Of a DNA stretch of 64,000 nucleotides, positions 46,415-57,446 are shown one piece after another. The number at the start of each line of letters is the position of its first letter. Within the stretch, counting starts at the first letter, position 1. Source of the DNA: Piedraia hortae CBS 480.64. Lineage: Eukaryota. Under the pieces are notes generated by a model. The model had not been told where the DNA came from, did no database searches, and saw nothing but the letters and a program-made list of their open reading frames with translations. The translations under genes were made by a program, and so were the position numbers. Where the stretch lies: NCBI GenBank assembly GCA_010093745.1, contig MU005978.1, positions 124,001 to 188,000 of the forward strand, given 5' to 3'.

Positions 46415-46487
46415 GCCAAAACATCCAACCTCTGACGTCAATCCCACCACATCAAATAACATCAACGCTATCAACAGTATATACCCA

Positions 46488-48719
46488 CTACCCCATCCCC
46501 TCCAAACTCCCCTCCCCCGCAAACGCCTCCAACCAATTCCAGTCGAGCGTCATGGGCATCTGCCATAGATCCTGGGGAAACCCATCCCCCTCAAACGCCC
46601 CAAACCCCCCCGCCGTCGCACCCCCATCCATCCCAATCCCGTCAAAGGCCCTGGGCGTGAACCCCAACGCCGCCGAGGTCGGGGGCGTCAGCACAGGCGT
46701 ATAAACCTGCTGAACCCTCTGCAGCGGAGCATCTCTCCCAGACCTCTGTGCCCTCCCATCCCTCTCCGCCTTGTCTAACACAATGCTCGCGATCCGCTCA
46801 AATTCAGTGCACATGATCGCAATCCCCTGCACGGGCCCCGCCTCCTCGAGGGCATTATGTTTCAAATGCGACGTAAAAACCACAACGCGGTTCATGAGCT
46901 GCAGGTCGCTTCGCGCGTGGGCGTCATGGGGGTTTTGTAGTATACTCGCAAATAGCGTCACCAGCGCCGCGACGGGGTAGTATATAATCATCCATACGCA
47001 CGAAATATCCCCTTCGGGAACGTAGTCCAGGAGGGTGATTGTCGATCTCGCCGCATCGACGCAGAGGGATGCGCCTTTGAAGACCCTTTGGTTGTGATGC
47101 TCTTGGGCCCCGTACGCGGATAGGCGTTTTGTAAGGTGGCCGTGGTGGATGGACGTGCGGTGGATGGTTGTTAGGCAGCTGTAGTACGAGAAATGGATCA
47201 TGGCAACGTGTAGCACCAACGGGCCGTAGGTCGCGTTTATGGGGCTGCCGGGGCGGAAGTCCAACGGGATGGAGTCTTTCCATTCCTCGAGTTGGGCGTC
47301 GAGCTCGCCGATGAAGTTTAGTTGCTCCGTGTCGGACTGTTTGCTTGCTTTGACGCTGTAGAGGTGGTTGTAGACTCTGCTCTGGATCTGTGCGAAGCGA
47401 CACATCATGTGGAAGAGGTTGACGGTGGGTTGGCCCCCGTTCATGACTCTCACGTTGCCGATGTTGTCGCTTGGGTTTTCCGAGGGGAGGGAGATGTTCA
47501 TGTCGTCGTCGTGTTGGGCGGGTGGACGACCGGAACGGAGACAGAGTTCTTTGTCGAGGGTATAGGCGATCCAGAAGACGCGCTTGCGTTGTTCGTTTTC
47601 GGCTTCGCTCATCCCGAAGCCAGAGCCGCGTTTGTGGAGTCCAATGCTGTGTGCGGCGCGGATGGTGGCTGCCACGAGGACGTGGGTTGGACGCGTGCTT
47701 GACGTTCCGTGCAGGACCAAGGCCATGCCGAGGAGGGCTTGGATGGAGAGGAGATTGTTGCTTAGGAGCATGAGGTCGGTGATGACGGACATGGCGTTCT
47801 GGACGTGGGCCCATCCGCGCTGCTTGTCCTCCTCGGAGTTGGGGTTGGCGGAAGCACGCAGATGTAGGGCGATGGCTAGGGTGATGTTCAATGCTGCCCA
47901 CCAGCTGTTGCTATCATCCGGCTCGGAGCCGTAATGTCTCTCGACCAGACGCATAAACGTCGGCTGGTGGAACAGAGGCAGGATGTGATTGAAATGGTCA
48001 AAGTAGTCTCGAAGCAGCAAGAGACAGTCTTGTTTCGACGGCAGGGCGATAAAATGCTGCCGTTTGGTATTCAGCGCACTGAATATTGCGGGTTTCTTAT
48101 GGTCCCAGTACCGCTGCACTTCCACCACCGAGGCAATCATCTGTTGGAACGAATTGTCCCCCGTCTTCTCATTCACCCACTCGATTCCCTTGGGGGAGAA
48201 GATGGAGAAACCAGAAGCGGAGCCTATGAACTGGCTATCTCCGCCGCGGTCTTGGATTAGGATATCCATCTGGTCTGCTTCGGCCGCATCACGCTGGGGA
48301 GCAGACTCCTTGGCCCTGGTGGCCAGAGTCGGACTGGTGAACTGCGACGGCGGCTCTCCCAGAGTCTGCGCATGCGACGGGGTTCTGGAGCTGGATTCCG
48401 ACGGGGCCGCGGCAGACTCGGTCGCGCCGTCTGTACCGGTCAAGAGTCCACTGTTCCTGAGCAGCGACTCCATCCGCCCGAGTCGGTCTTCCAAACCCTC
48501 AATATACTTTGCACCCTTGGGCGCCGCCCGCTTCTTCTCTACATAGGTATAGTGACAGTCTGCGCGGGCCGTCTCGCAGTGGGCGCACTTGGGAGTCTGA
48601 CCGTCGCACTTGATCTTCTTCTTGCGACAGAGATCGCACGCGCGCGAGATTCTCTGGCGCTTTGGCGGCGGTCCACCATCCTCTTTTTCCGCCCACTCGC
48701 CTCGCCCTTTGGCTGCCAT
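46488..48719 (-). CDS. Zn(II)2Cys6 transcription factor with fungal-specific TF domain, AtrR-like
   Basis: ACDLCRKKKIKCDG..PKCAHC...C; KGAKYIEGLEDRLGRMESLL as in Aspergillus AtrR-type factors; EQRKRVFWIAY.LDK. Confidence 0.9.
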   Translation of the reverse strand: MAAKGRGEWAEKEDGGPPPKRQRISRACDLCRKKKIKCDGQTPKCAHCETARADCHYTYVEKKRAAPKGAKYIEGLEDRLGRMESLLRNSGLLTGTDGATESAAAPSESSSRTPSHAQTLGEPPSQFTSPTLATRAKESAPQRDAAEADQMDILIQDRGGDSQFIGSASGFSIFSPKGIEWVNEKTGDNSFQQMIASVVEVQRYWDHKKPAIFSALNTKRQHFIALPSKQDCLLLLRDYFDHFNHILPLFHQPTFMRLVERHYGSEPDDSNSWWAALNITLAIALHLRASANPNSEEDKQRGWAHVQNAMSVITDLMLLSNNLLSIQALLGMALVLHGTSSTRPTHVLVAATIRAAHSIGLHKRGSGFGMSEAENEQRKRVFWIAYTLDKELCLRSGRPPAQHDDDMNISLPSENPSDNIGNVRVMNGGQPTVNLFHMMCRFAQIQSRVYNHLYSVKASKQSDTEQLNFIGELDAQLEEWKDSIPLDFRPGSPINATYGPLVLHVAMIHFSYYSCLTTIHRTSIHHGHLTKRLSAYGAQEHHNQRVFKGASLCVDAARSTITLLDYVPEGDISCVWMIIYYPVAALVTLFASILQNPHDAHARSDLQLMNRVVVFTSHLKHNALEEAGPVQGIAIMCTEFERIASIVLDKAERDGRAQRSGRDAPLQRVQQVYTPVLTPPTSAALGFTPRAFDGIGMDGGATAGGFGAFEGDGFPQDLWQMPMTLDWNWLEAFAGEGSLEGMG

Positions 48720-48956
48720 GCGTCGTTCAATCCGTCGGCCCTGGCCTGGCTGTCAAGCGGGAGCTAAAAATAGATCCAAGCCAAATGCCAAGTAGAACCT
48801 AAACCGTAGTAGACCAAAGCCACAGAAAACTCACCGTCAACGGTAGAGACAAAAGCAAAGCCCTTCAGAGAAACAGATCATGCACAAAACAGCACCGACA
48901 AGAGCCTACCGAATACACAAACCCGTCATAGCATTTCTGCTTCACAGTCTTCCCAT

Positions 48957-51203
48957 TCAACCCCTCTTCTTCGGCTGCGCAAGGGCATTAATCCTCGCCT
49001 GGCTAATCGTCGTCGGCTTCTTCTTCTTGATGACGTCCCTCGTCTGGCCTTTGGGTTTAACCCCCAGCGTCGGACGTCTCGCCTTGGGAGGGTCCACTTG
49101 CTTTCCCTTTCCCTTCCCTTTATCCACCACCACGCCACCTTCCTGCTTCTTTGTCTCGTCACCAGTCTTAACCCTCTTGGTCGGCCGTCCATTCTCCTTC
49201 CCCTCTTCCATCTCCTCGGTCACCACGTCAACGTCATATTTCCTCTTCCTCCCCCCATCATCCTGCTGATCAACACGCCGAATCGTCGGAGGGAAAAGAA
49301 CACTACTCTTTTCGGAGCGGAAGGTGAACTGACTTCCATCCTTGCCATTGCCATCCTTGCCATTGCCGTCCTTGCCATGCCCGTCCCCCTCCATCAGTTT
49401 CGGATATCCTCCAGGTCCATCATGCATTTTCGTCGGAACAGTATGTCTCCCACTCGGGCTTCCCACCATTGAACCCCCTTCCACCAGCGGACTCCCAGGT
49501 CCATCATGCATCTTCGTCGGCACGACCTTTCCTCTCAAACTCCCCCCCTCCCCACTCCCTTTCTTCGCAGCGATAATAGCATCCCTCTCCTTCGTCGAAG
49601 CCGTAAAATCGACATGCTTTGTCGTTCCCCCTCCCATCTCAAGCACACTCTCATTCTCCGGCGTAGCGAGATGCGTCCCCGCCGCGACCTTTTCGGGGTC
49701 ATTCGAATAGAGCCTTTGAGGGGTGCGCAGGATAGATTTCACTAGCGAGGACTTCATCGGTGAGGATTTTGCTAGCGAAGACTTCACCGGAGAAGTGCGC
49801 AACATTGCGAAGCGCGACTTTAGGGATTCGTTCTTGGGGGCTTCACTCTCTAGGGTGAGTTTTGCTGGGGAACGGGACAAGAGGGGGACGGGGGCCTCGG
49901 AGGCTTCTTCCGAAGAGGGTTTTGTTAGGTTGGGTTTGATTGGAGAGCGGGAGAGGAGGTTTGTTTTGGGCTGTTTGGGGGTTGGGGAGGTTGCTGATGT
50001 GGGTTCGTCGAGGGGAAGGCGTTTTGCTGGGGAGCGGGAGAGGTAGTCGTCTCCGTTGGTGGGTTCGATTGTGGTGGAGGTGGTGGTGGTGGTGGTGGTG
50101 GTGGTGGTGGTGGGTTTGGGGAGGGGGATCCCCTTTGATGGGGATTGGGATAGTAAAGGTGTATGGGTTGATGGTAGGAGTTTCGGGATGGAGCGTGGGG
50201 CGGGAAGCTTAGAGGCATGCACAGATTTGACGCTGGCGGCGCGAGCGAGAGAGGATTGGGTGGGTGTTGTGATGTGAGATAGCGTCTCGTTCTTGGTGGT
50301 CTCGGGGGTAGAAGGCTGGTCAGATTTCTGCATATCCGCGTCTTCGTACCGCTTCACGCGCTTCGCCGGACTGGGCGTCGCAGGCATGGGCAGCATGGTA
50401 TTGGGGAGTTTGGGATAGCCACGCGTATCACGTTGAGGCGTGGTTTCGGCGTCCAATTCGGCCTTTGTCGGGCTTCTCTTTAGCGACTTTGCCTCCTCCT
50501 TCGTAGACGGCTTCGTGCGGGGAACACTCTTGGCGATACTGTCCATTTTACTAAACGCCGCCGCATGAGCGGCACTGAACCTTCCCTTCGGCTTCGCAAT
50601 CTTGCGCGTAACAGTCTTTGTGGGCGCATTCTTACTCGCCTCGGTCATTTCCTTTCGGATCTTCTGCGCCTCCTCGCGCTTCTCCTTCATCAATTTCTTC
50701 GCCTCTGGGCTCAACTCAAGCGACTGTTCGCGGTTAAAAGTAAACTGAAACGTCGGTGACTTTAGTTCCTGCGGGATCTCCTGCTCCTGCGCGCATGTCG
50801 TGCGACTGGGCGTAGTCTGGAACACATGCATCTTACTCCCCTTTGGAGGCTCCGTATGCGGTGCCAGACGCGCAAAACCCAAATACCTCGCCTCTTCCAG
50901 CGGCTTTGCAGTGCTCGTATGATGCAACTGCGGGTGCATCTCTTCATCCGAAGGCCTAATCGTCCCACTCTGAGGCGTCACATCCGGCCGTTCCTTTGCT
51001 GCCTTCAACGCAGCTGCACGACTAGGCGTTGATACCGGCGATGGCGAATCCGGAAACGCGCCTGGGACGGGTTCGTCCTCTTCGCGCAGCGAACCCAGCT
51101 TAGCCGGGACAGTCTTCGGAGCTTCATCGTTGACCAAATGAGAGACACGTTTAGGCGTTGACGAATTGCAATTACGCAAACGCGCTGAAGAACGTCGAGC
51201 CAT
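48957..51203 (-). CDS. Large basic S/T/P-rich protein, possibly microtubule/spindle-associated
   Basis: Intronless ORF from MARRSSARLR; many S/T-P sites, repeated LLSRSPxK; GRFSAAHAAAFSKMDSI; C-terminal RINALAQPKKR. Confidence 0.8.
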   Translation of the reverse strand: MARRSSARLRNCNSSTPKRVSHLVNDEAPKTVPAKLGSLREEDEPVPGAFPDSPSPVSTPSRAAALKAAKERPDVTPQSGTIRPSDEEMHPQLHHTSTAKPLEEARYLGFARLAPHTEPPKGSKMHVFQTTPSRTTCAQEQEIPQELKSPTFQFTFNREQSLELSPEAKKLMKEKREEAQKIRKEMTEASKNAPTKTVTRKIAKPKGRFSAAHAAAFSKMDSIAKSVPRTKPSTKEEAKSLKRSPTKAELDAETTPQRDTRGYPKLPNTMLPMPATPSPAKRVKRYEDADMQKSDQPSTPETTKNETLSHITTPTQSSLARAASVKSVHASKLPAPRSIPKLLPSTHTPLLSQSPSKGIPLPKPTTTTTTTTTTTSTTIEPTNGDDYLSRSPAKRLPLDEPTSATSPTPKQPKTNLLSRSPIKPNLTKPSSEEASEAPVPLLSRSPAKLTLESEAPKNESLKSRFAMLRTSPVKSSLAKSSPMKSSLVKSILRTPQRLYSNDPEKVAAGTHLATPENESVLEMGGGTTKHVDFTASTKERDAIIAAKKGSGEGGSLRGKVVPTKMHDGPGSPLVEGGSMVGSPSGRHTVPTKMHDGPGGYPKLMEGDGHGKDGNGKDGNGKDGSQFTFRSEKSSVLFPPTIRRVDQQDDGGRKRKYDVDVVTEEMEEGKENGRPTKRVKTGDETKKQEGGVVVDKGKGKGKQVDPPKARRPTLGVKPKGQTRDVIKKKKPTTISQARINALAQPKKRG

Positions 51204-51354
51204 GACACAGACCCTGGACGTTGTTGTAATTTCAAAGTCCCTGCTGGAGGTGGAGCCGTAAACAAAGCGCACGGACCGTTGTCCTGCTGCTTAGTCAGAA
51301 GTGCGTCCCAGCAGCCAATCAGAGACGCGCGGTGTCGACCTCACACCAGTTGAG

Positions 51355-52487
51355 ATGGCCGACGGAAAAGGCCTTGCCCCNNNNNNNNNNNNNNNNNNNN
51401 NNNNNNNNNNNNNNNNNNNNNNNNNNNNNNNNNNNNNNNNNNNNNNNNNNNNNNNNNNNNAACTCCCCCCAACTAACAGTTCCCAGTCTAACATGGGCCC
51501 TTCTCCAAGAACGCATCACAACCACCCTCTACTCTACTGAAAAATTCACCTACCCCCTCTTCCTCAACACAATCCAATCCCTCTTCGCCTCCCTCCTGGG
51601 CTTCCTCTATCTAAAACTTACAACCCCAAACGTCCCTATCCTCCCAACCCCCAAAATCCTCCCCCCCCTATTCCTCGTCGCGGTGACAACCTCCCTCAGC
51701 TCCCCCTTCGGCTACGCAAGCCTCAACCACGTCGACTACATAACCTTCATCCTTGCCAAGTCGTGCAAACTCCTCCCCGTCTTGATCCTGCATACAACAC
51801 TCTACCAAAGGCGCTACCCTTGGTGGAAGTACCTCGTCGTAGGGTTAGTCACCGCGGGTGTGGCGGTTTTTACCCTCCACCAGAATCCATCGAAGAAGAG
51901 GAAGGGATCGCAGGGGAGTAGTTTGTATGGCTTGGGTTTGTTGGGAATCAATCTTTTGTTAGATGGGCTTACGAATACGACGCAGGATGAAATCTACGCG
52001 CGGTTCAGGTTTAGTGCGCAGCAGATGATGTGTGCGTTGAATATGATTTCGACGGGGATTACGGGGGGTGTTTTGGTGGTAGGGCCGTGGTTGGTGGAAA
52101 CGGGGTTTGGGAGGATGCTTGGAGTGAGAGATGAGCTTGGCGATGCGGTCGGTTTTGTGAAGAGGCATCCGGAGGTGGGGTGGGATTTGATGGGTTTTGC
52201 GCTGTGTGGGGCTGTGGGACAGGTTTTTATCTGTGAGTCGATATCCATCCTTGGGAAGTTGTTGGGGCTGATCATTAGTTATGACACTGTCGCAGTTTGG
52301 GAGTCTACTGCTGGTTACGGTGACAGTCACGAGGAAGATGCTCAGCATGCTTCTTTCGGTGGTGTGGTTTGGACATGGGTTGAGTGGGATGCAGTGGGTT
52401 GGGGTCGGACTGGTGTTTGGGGGGATTGGGGTTGAGGCGGAGTTGAGTAAACGGGAGAAGAGGAAGAAGATGAAGAAGATAGATTAA
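51355..52487 (+). CDS. HUT1: UDP-galactose transporter homolog (SLC35B1/HUT1); spans assembly gap; intron 52233-52278 and an acceptor at 51479
   Basis: [72 protein letters not shown], di-lysine-like tail. Confidence 0.9.
51381..51460. other. Assembly gap (80 N)
   Basis: N run flanked by C tracts. Confidence 1.
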
Positions 52488-52527
52488 CTAGAAAAACTCA
52501 AACTCATACCCCTGGTTAATACGAGGT

Positions 52528-53569
52528 TTACGATGTGGCCGTTACGGTTTCGACGACGATGGTGGTTATTGTTGTTGTGAGGGGGGTGTAGTGCGTTACT
52601 GTTGTGGTTGTGTCGGTTGATGTAGATGCGCCGTTTGGGGGTGAAAAGGTGTCTACTACTAGACGCGAGTTGTCAATTGATTGTGTGGTGGTGGATGCCG
52701 AGGGGGTTGGGTTTAGAGTTGAGAGTGTGCTTGAGATGCGGACGGTTTGTGTTGTTTTGAGACTTGGACTTGCTTCGGTGGCACTGGTTGCTTTGCTCGT
52801 CTCGGAGCTGTGGGTCGTGGTTGAAGAGTGATTTCTGCTGGTGCTGGTTGCTCTGGTCGATGTAGAGGCAGAACTGTGAGAGGTCGAAGAAGCACGGCTG
52901 ATAGTCTCGCTGGCTGTCGTTTGCAATGTGGAACTGCTCCCCGACGTAGACGTCCTTCGCGCCGTGGAATTCGACCGACTAGTGGCACTAATCGTCGTCG
53001 TACTATTTCCAAACGGTGCTGTCGACCGAGAGGTGGCAGTATGCAACCCCGAAGAAGTTGTCAGTGTACTCTTCCCAGAAGCAGGCCGTTCACAAATTGC
53101 TTTCCTGATCGCATCACCATCCAGTCCCGCATCTTTTAAAGTCAGAGCCCAAACTTCAGGACACGCTTTCGGCCTAACCGCAGTCGAATTTGAGGCAATA
53201 TTCTGCAAGTTCTTCACAATCGCATCGAGATCCCTTGTCGATCTAGCAAGGCGTGGAAAAACCACAACTCCAACCGTCGCCTCGCACCTATATCTGTCAG
53301 AAAAAATCATCCAAAACATTCTTGGTTACTCCCTACGTCAACAACTGAACCAGCGAGCCGTCATAACCCTCCTTATCGAGGTCTTTGACCAAAGTAGCGT
53401 TATTACAGTTTGCTGGCGCGGTGTCTGCTGAAATCGAATTCACAGCCCATTGCACCGATTTAGCTTCCTTGAGGTACGTCTGGTATTGTTCAGGCGTCGT
53501 TTGTCTACGGATTAGACCCCCTTGGACGAAGACAGAAAAGAGCGTAAAGCCAAGGAACCGAATCCGCAT
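52528..53569 (-). CDS. Secreted Ser/Thr-rich protein with small Cys-containing N-terminal domain; intron 53294-53336
   Basis: Signal peptide MRIRFLGFTLFSVFVQG, dibasic RR site, 43-nt GT-AG intron joins both ORFs in frame, long S/T tail. Confidence 0.8.
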
Positions 53570-54021
53570 CTTGACAGTTCAAAGCGAGTGACTGAAGGCG
53601 AGGAAGAGAAACCACATTGCGAAGAAGAAGAAATTAATAAAATGTAAGCAAGGAGAGGTGTAATTGATGCATTGGATTTGTGGCGCTGGGCTGCGAAAAG
53701 AAAAAAGCGGGAGAGTAGGTTACTTGCGTATTTGTTCCAGTCTTTCGTTACGCTCTGAGTGTAAAGAAATGCCCAAGGCAAGGGATCCCCTTGTTGCTGT
53801 CACAGAAAATCTGTTCATGCAGTGTCAGGCACCGATCGTGCTGCATGGCACAGGAACAGGAACAGTCCAAAAGAAAAAAAAAACACATCAAATGATGGGT
53901 AAATGAAACCTTGTGTCTACTATCTCGCATTCCCGCAGGGCTTTGTGAACGGCCGCCTCGGCACGGGAACGGCCACCAATGACGCAGTAAAAAATCGTCC
54001 AATGTATTGAGACAGCCAAAC

Positions 54022-55258
54022 ATGGAAACACTGAAACGATATCTGCAACAAGGCGCCGCCCAGGTCTCTGCCTCCGTCGACAGCTATTTGGAACAAGAGC
54101 ACCAACGCGACATCATCGCCAAAATCGGCCAACAACTAACCGCCGACGAAGTCCTCGAGCACCCCGAATTCCCGCACGTAAACTGGGAATTGAAACCCGA
54201 CAAAAAAGAGAAAATCAATGTCGCCTCCGGACGCGGTGGGCCTTTTAAACTCGCATACGAGCTCCATGGACGGGGCCCAAAGAAAATCATCGTACGTATC
54301 AGCCACTTCATCCATCCTTCTCAACTAACAACCCCATCAAGTGGATCATGGGCCTCGGAGGTCTGAAAACGACCTGGCAACGCCAAACCAAAGACTTTGG
54401 GCACGAGCAAGCGGACAAATACACCTGCCTCGTATTCGACAACAGGGGAATCGGTGAAAGCGACGTCCCTATCCTGCGATACACAACCTCTGAGATGGCG
54501 AAAGACGTCGTCGAGTTACTCGACCATGTAGGCTGGACTGACCCCCGAAGCGTGCATGTGGTGGGTATCAGTATGGGCGGTATGATTGCCCAAGAATTGG
54601 TACATCTCCCAAAAAACACTCCCATCACCCCCAAAACCCCAAACTAACCACCCAGGCAATCCTCATCCCCCAACGGATCTGCAGTTTGAATTTCATCTCC
54701 ACAGCGCCAAGGGTCGTCCGCACACTTCCCTACTTTGACAACCTCCGCAACAGGATCAACCTCCTCTGGCCCAAACCAATCGACTCACAGATAAATAAAG
54801 TCAAAGCAGACTGCTACTCTGCTGCCTGGCTGCAGAGTCCAGATGACACGGAGTTTGTTGTTAAGCCGTTCCCTACGAATGGCGATCGCTTCGCGGCGGG
54901 TGAGTTGTCGAAGAGGATGAATCCATCTGCGTTCCCGAAGGCGGGGTTCATATGTCAGCTTTACGCAGCGGGATTTCATCATAAGTCGCCGCAGCAGCTT
55001 GCGCAACTGGCGGATGCGGTTGGGAGGGAGAGAATCATGGTTTTGCATGGGACGGGGGATCATATGCTTGATTTTGTGCATGGGAAGATGTTATTGGAGG
55101 ATCTTGGGGGTGAGGAACGGGGCGTAACGAAGAGTTTTCATGAGGGGATGGGACATGTAGCACCGTTTGAGATTAGGAAAGAGTTTAAAAGGATTATAGA
55201 GGGGAGGGTGGAGAGGACGGAGGGATTTGGGGGGGGAAGTAGTATGAGGGGTGGGTAG
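54022..55258 (+). CDS. Alpha/beta hydrolase; introns 54292-54341, 54600-54655
   Basis: WIMGLGG, FDNRGIGESD, nucleophile elbow GISMGG, VLHGTGD, GMGH. Confidence 0.9.
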
Positions 55259-55840
55259 ATGTATTTATCTGCTCTCCTAAGCCTGAGTTGTGGCCGTTGG
55301 CAACTAAAGATGATTTGTGTGCCTGGCCCTCATTCGATATGGAAGAGCTCTCGGCTGCCACTATGACTGATCCATCCCCGTACTCAGCCTTTTATCGTGC
55401 GTTTTGCAACCCGCATTAAGTTGGGGGCGAGAAAAGAGTTGATATCCGACGGACATCGACGGGTGCCGAGACTTCTGTGATAAAACGCCCCGGTTCTAGG
55501 TAGAAAGGGTGGTATAGTGCTCAATGATACATCTCCGATGATTGCACCCTCGAAGGCTCACTCCCATATTCAACGCCTCTTCTCGATTTTTGGGCCCTGG
55601 TTGGAGCGGTACACGATGCAATCGTTTTCCGAGGATATGATCCTTGCCGGCTCTGCCATCCGCTAATCATGGTTCTGTCGGGGGCATACTAGATCCGAGA
55701 GGTCGAATCTTCAAGCCGCTTGGCGGTGCATTCATCATATTGCCTAGTCCATCTTCGAGCATACCGTGCAGTGCACAGGCCTAGCTCTCTGATGAGACGT
55801 CCTAATGCTGTGCTTGTCTCGATGACCTCGAGAGAAGCCA

Positions 55841-56416
55841 TTACAAAAACTTCCTCCCAGCATTAACAACCTTGCTGCGAAAGACTGGACTCCTGACGGG
55901 CATATTCACATCATAAAACGGATTCATAATGCACTTCACCCACGCCTCAAACACTTCGTTCATAAAACTCTTAACCGCATCCTCCGTTGCTTGTGACAAT
56001 GGATTCGCCGCAAGAGAGTTGGGTCCCAAAGCGGTCACCGGTGCAGCTGTCAACCCCTGCCTTCCAGTCGCCGAAGCCATCGTCAGCAAGCCACCAGACT
56101 TGCCCTCAGAGTAAGACGATGCTGAGTTTGCAGATTCGGCATTCATCAGCAGCAGCATGCGCACGCCGCCCGGCGTGACAAACGCATGGATATGGTTGTT
56201 TTGGAAGGAATCGACTCTCTTTAGATACAAATCTCGAGTCGTTGTCATGCTTTCCTCGACGAGGTCGAGCGAGGCATGGGTGAGGAATTCGTTCCAGTGG
56301 GCGGTCGCGTCCGCGGGGAAGTGAGCGGTTCCATCGCCTCCTGGCTTGGATGAGCCGAAGGTTAAAGAGAATAGCGGGCGGTCGAGCGGTGAGACGATGG
56401 TAAAGAAGTAGGACAT
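55841..56416 (-). CDS. TRS20: TRAPP subunit Trs20 / sedlin
   Basis: MSYFFTIVSPLDRPLF, HASLDLVEE, LYLKRVD, WVKCIMNPFY, SPVFRSKV. Confidence 0.92.
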   Translation of the reverse strand: MSYFFTIVSPLDRPLFSLTFGSSKPGGDGTAHFPADATAHWNEFLTHASLDLVEESMTTTRDLYLKRVDSFQNNHIHAFVTPGGVRMLLLMNAESANSASSYSEGKSGGLLTMASATGRQGLTAAPVTALGPNSLAANPLSQATEDAVKSFMNEVFEAWVKCIMNPFYDVNMPVRSPVFRSKVVNAGRKFL

Positions 56417-56919
56417 TGTTGTTGCGTGGTCTTGTCGCGCTCAGTGGCCCGCGGAACGTGGCGGAACCCCGCTCAACGACTGTCAACCAGTACAAACGCA
56501 GTTACTGCAGCATTACAGCAGTTGATAAGATGAAACGAGATTGAAACTGGACATGCAATCCTCCTACATGAAAGTGGGTCAGCATGCATGATCGTGATGA
56601 TCTTGCAAACTGCTTGACAGATGATCGTCGCGACTGAACAACTAGGTATTGATATGGGGCGCGGCAAACTACATAATATTACGATAGATGCTCGCACACG
56701 CAAGCTTATGATGTGGAAGCGGAGGATGCATCGACGTCATGGTGGCATGTGGTTGTCACGGAGCATGAGGCGTAGGGCTGCAAGCACAAGCAAGGCCCTT
56801 TTTGATCAGATCCAGCAGGTGGGGTAGCTCGTGGTGTGCATAAAAGCACGTTTTTAATCGCAGTGTCACTTCACTTCTCAACCTAACTTCCCTCATAGAC
56901 CCACCTCAGCCTACGCACC

Positions 56920-57446
56920 ATGTTGTTCCTCGTCTCCATCGCGTCGATGGTGGTCGAACTGGTAGCAGGCAAGCTCGTTGGGCAAGCTGACACGTCGACG
57001 CCTTTCTGCAGCGGCAAGCCCTCCGGGCTGTACAAGCCTTATGAGGGCACTGTCGTTTGGCAAAACACGACTGGTCGGCAGTGCAACGAGATCGAGGTCC
57101 TGTATTGCTCGAATCAGCACGGTGACAAGCGCAGCGTTGGCCTCGATCTCTGGCTCTCCGAGCGCAAGGATGAATCGTGCACTACGACAGGTTTGGAAAT
57201 TTTGAGGGATGTCAAGCCGCGCGGCGAAGATGCCGATGACAACGATAACTCGTACCGCTATAAGACGTTGATTTGCCCTTTCATCGATCACTACCCGCAG
57301 GGAGAGTGGGTCTTAACCGCGTACGAATATTACACGGGCATGTGGAACGCCTTTGTCTCCAGCTTCCCTCACTAACGATTGTAGGCAACAAGGTTCCTGA
57401 TGGATACCTGCTGTCGACAGTTGACCTTAATATGAAAACTTTGTGA
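56920..57446 (+). CDS. Small secreted Cys-containing orphan protein; GC-AG intron 57338-57384
   Basis: Hydrophobic N-terminus, 5 Cys; G/GCATGT donor, CTAAC branch, TAG acceptor give ..YYTGNKVPDGYLLSTVDLNMKTL*. Confidence 0.65.

Noticed and set aside
46924..47901. 325-aa alternative-frame ORF
   Set aside because: Off-frame within the Zn2Cys6 gene; C-rich skew suppresses stops.
43758..48719. Detoxification cluster (GSH2 + AtrR-like factor)
   Set aside because: No transporter or tailoring enzymes; neighbours are unrelated housekeeping genes.
51291..51540. ORFs spanning the N run
   Set aside because: Artefacts of the assembly gap.
55786..55836. CTGATGAGAC...GTCTC hairpin (also CTGATGAGTC...GACTC at about 25135-25163)
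   Set aside because: Lacks the GAAA of a hammerhead and the box order of a C/D snoRNA.
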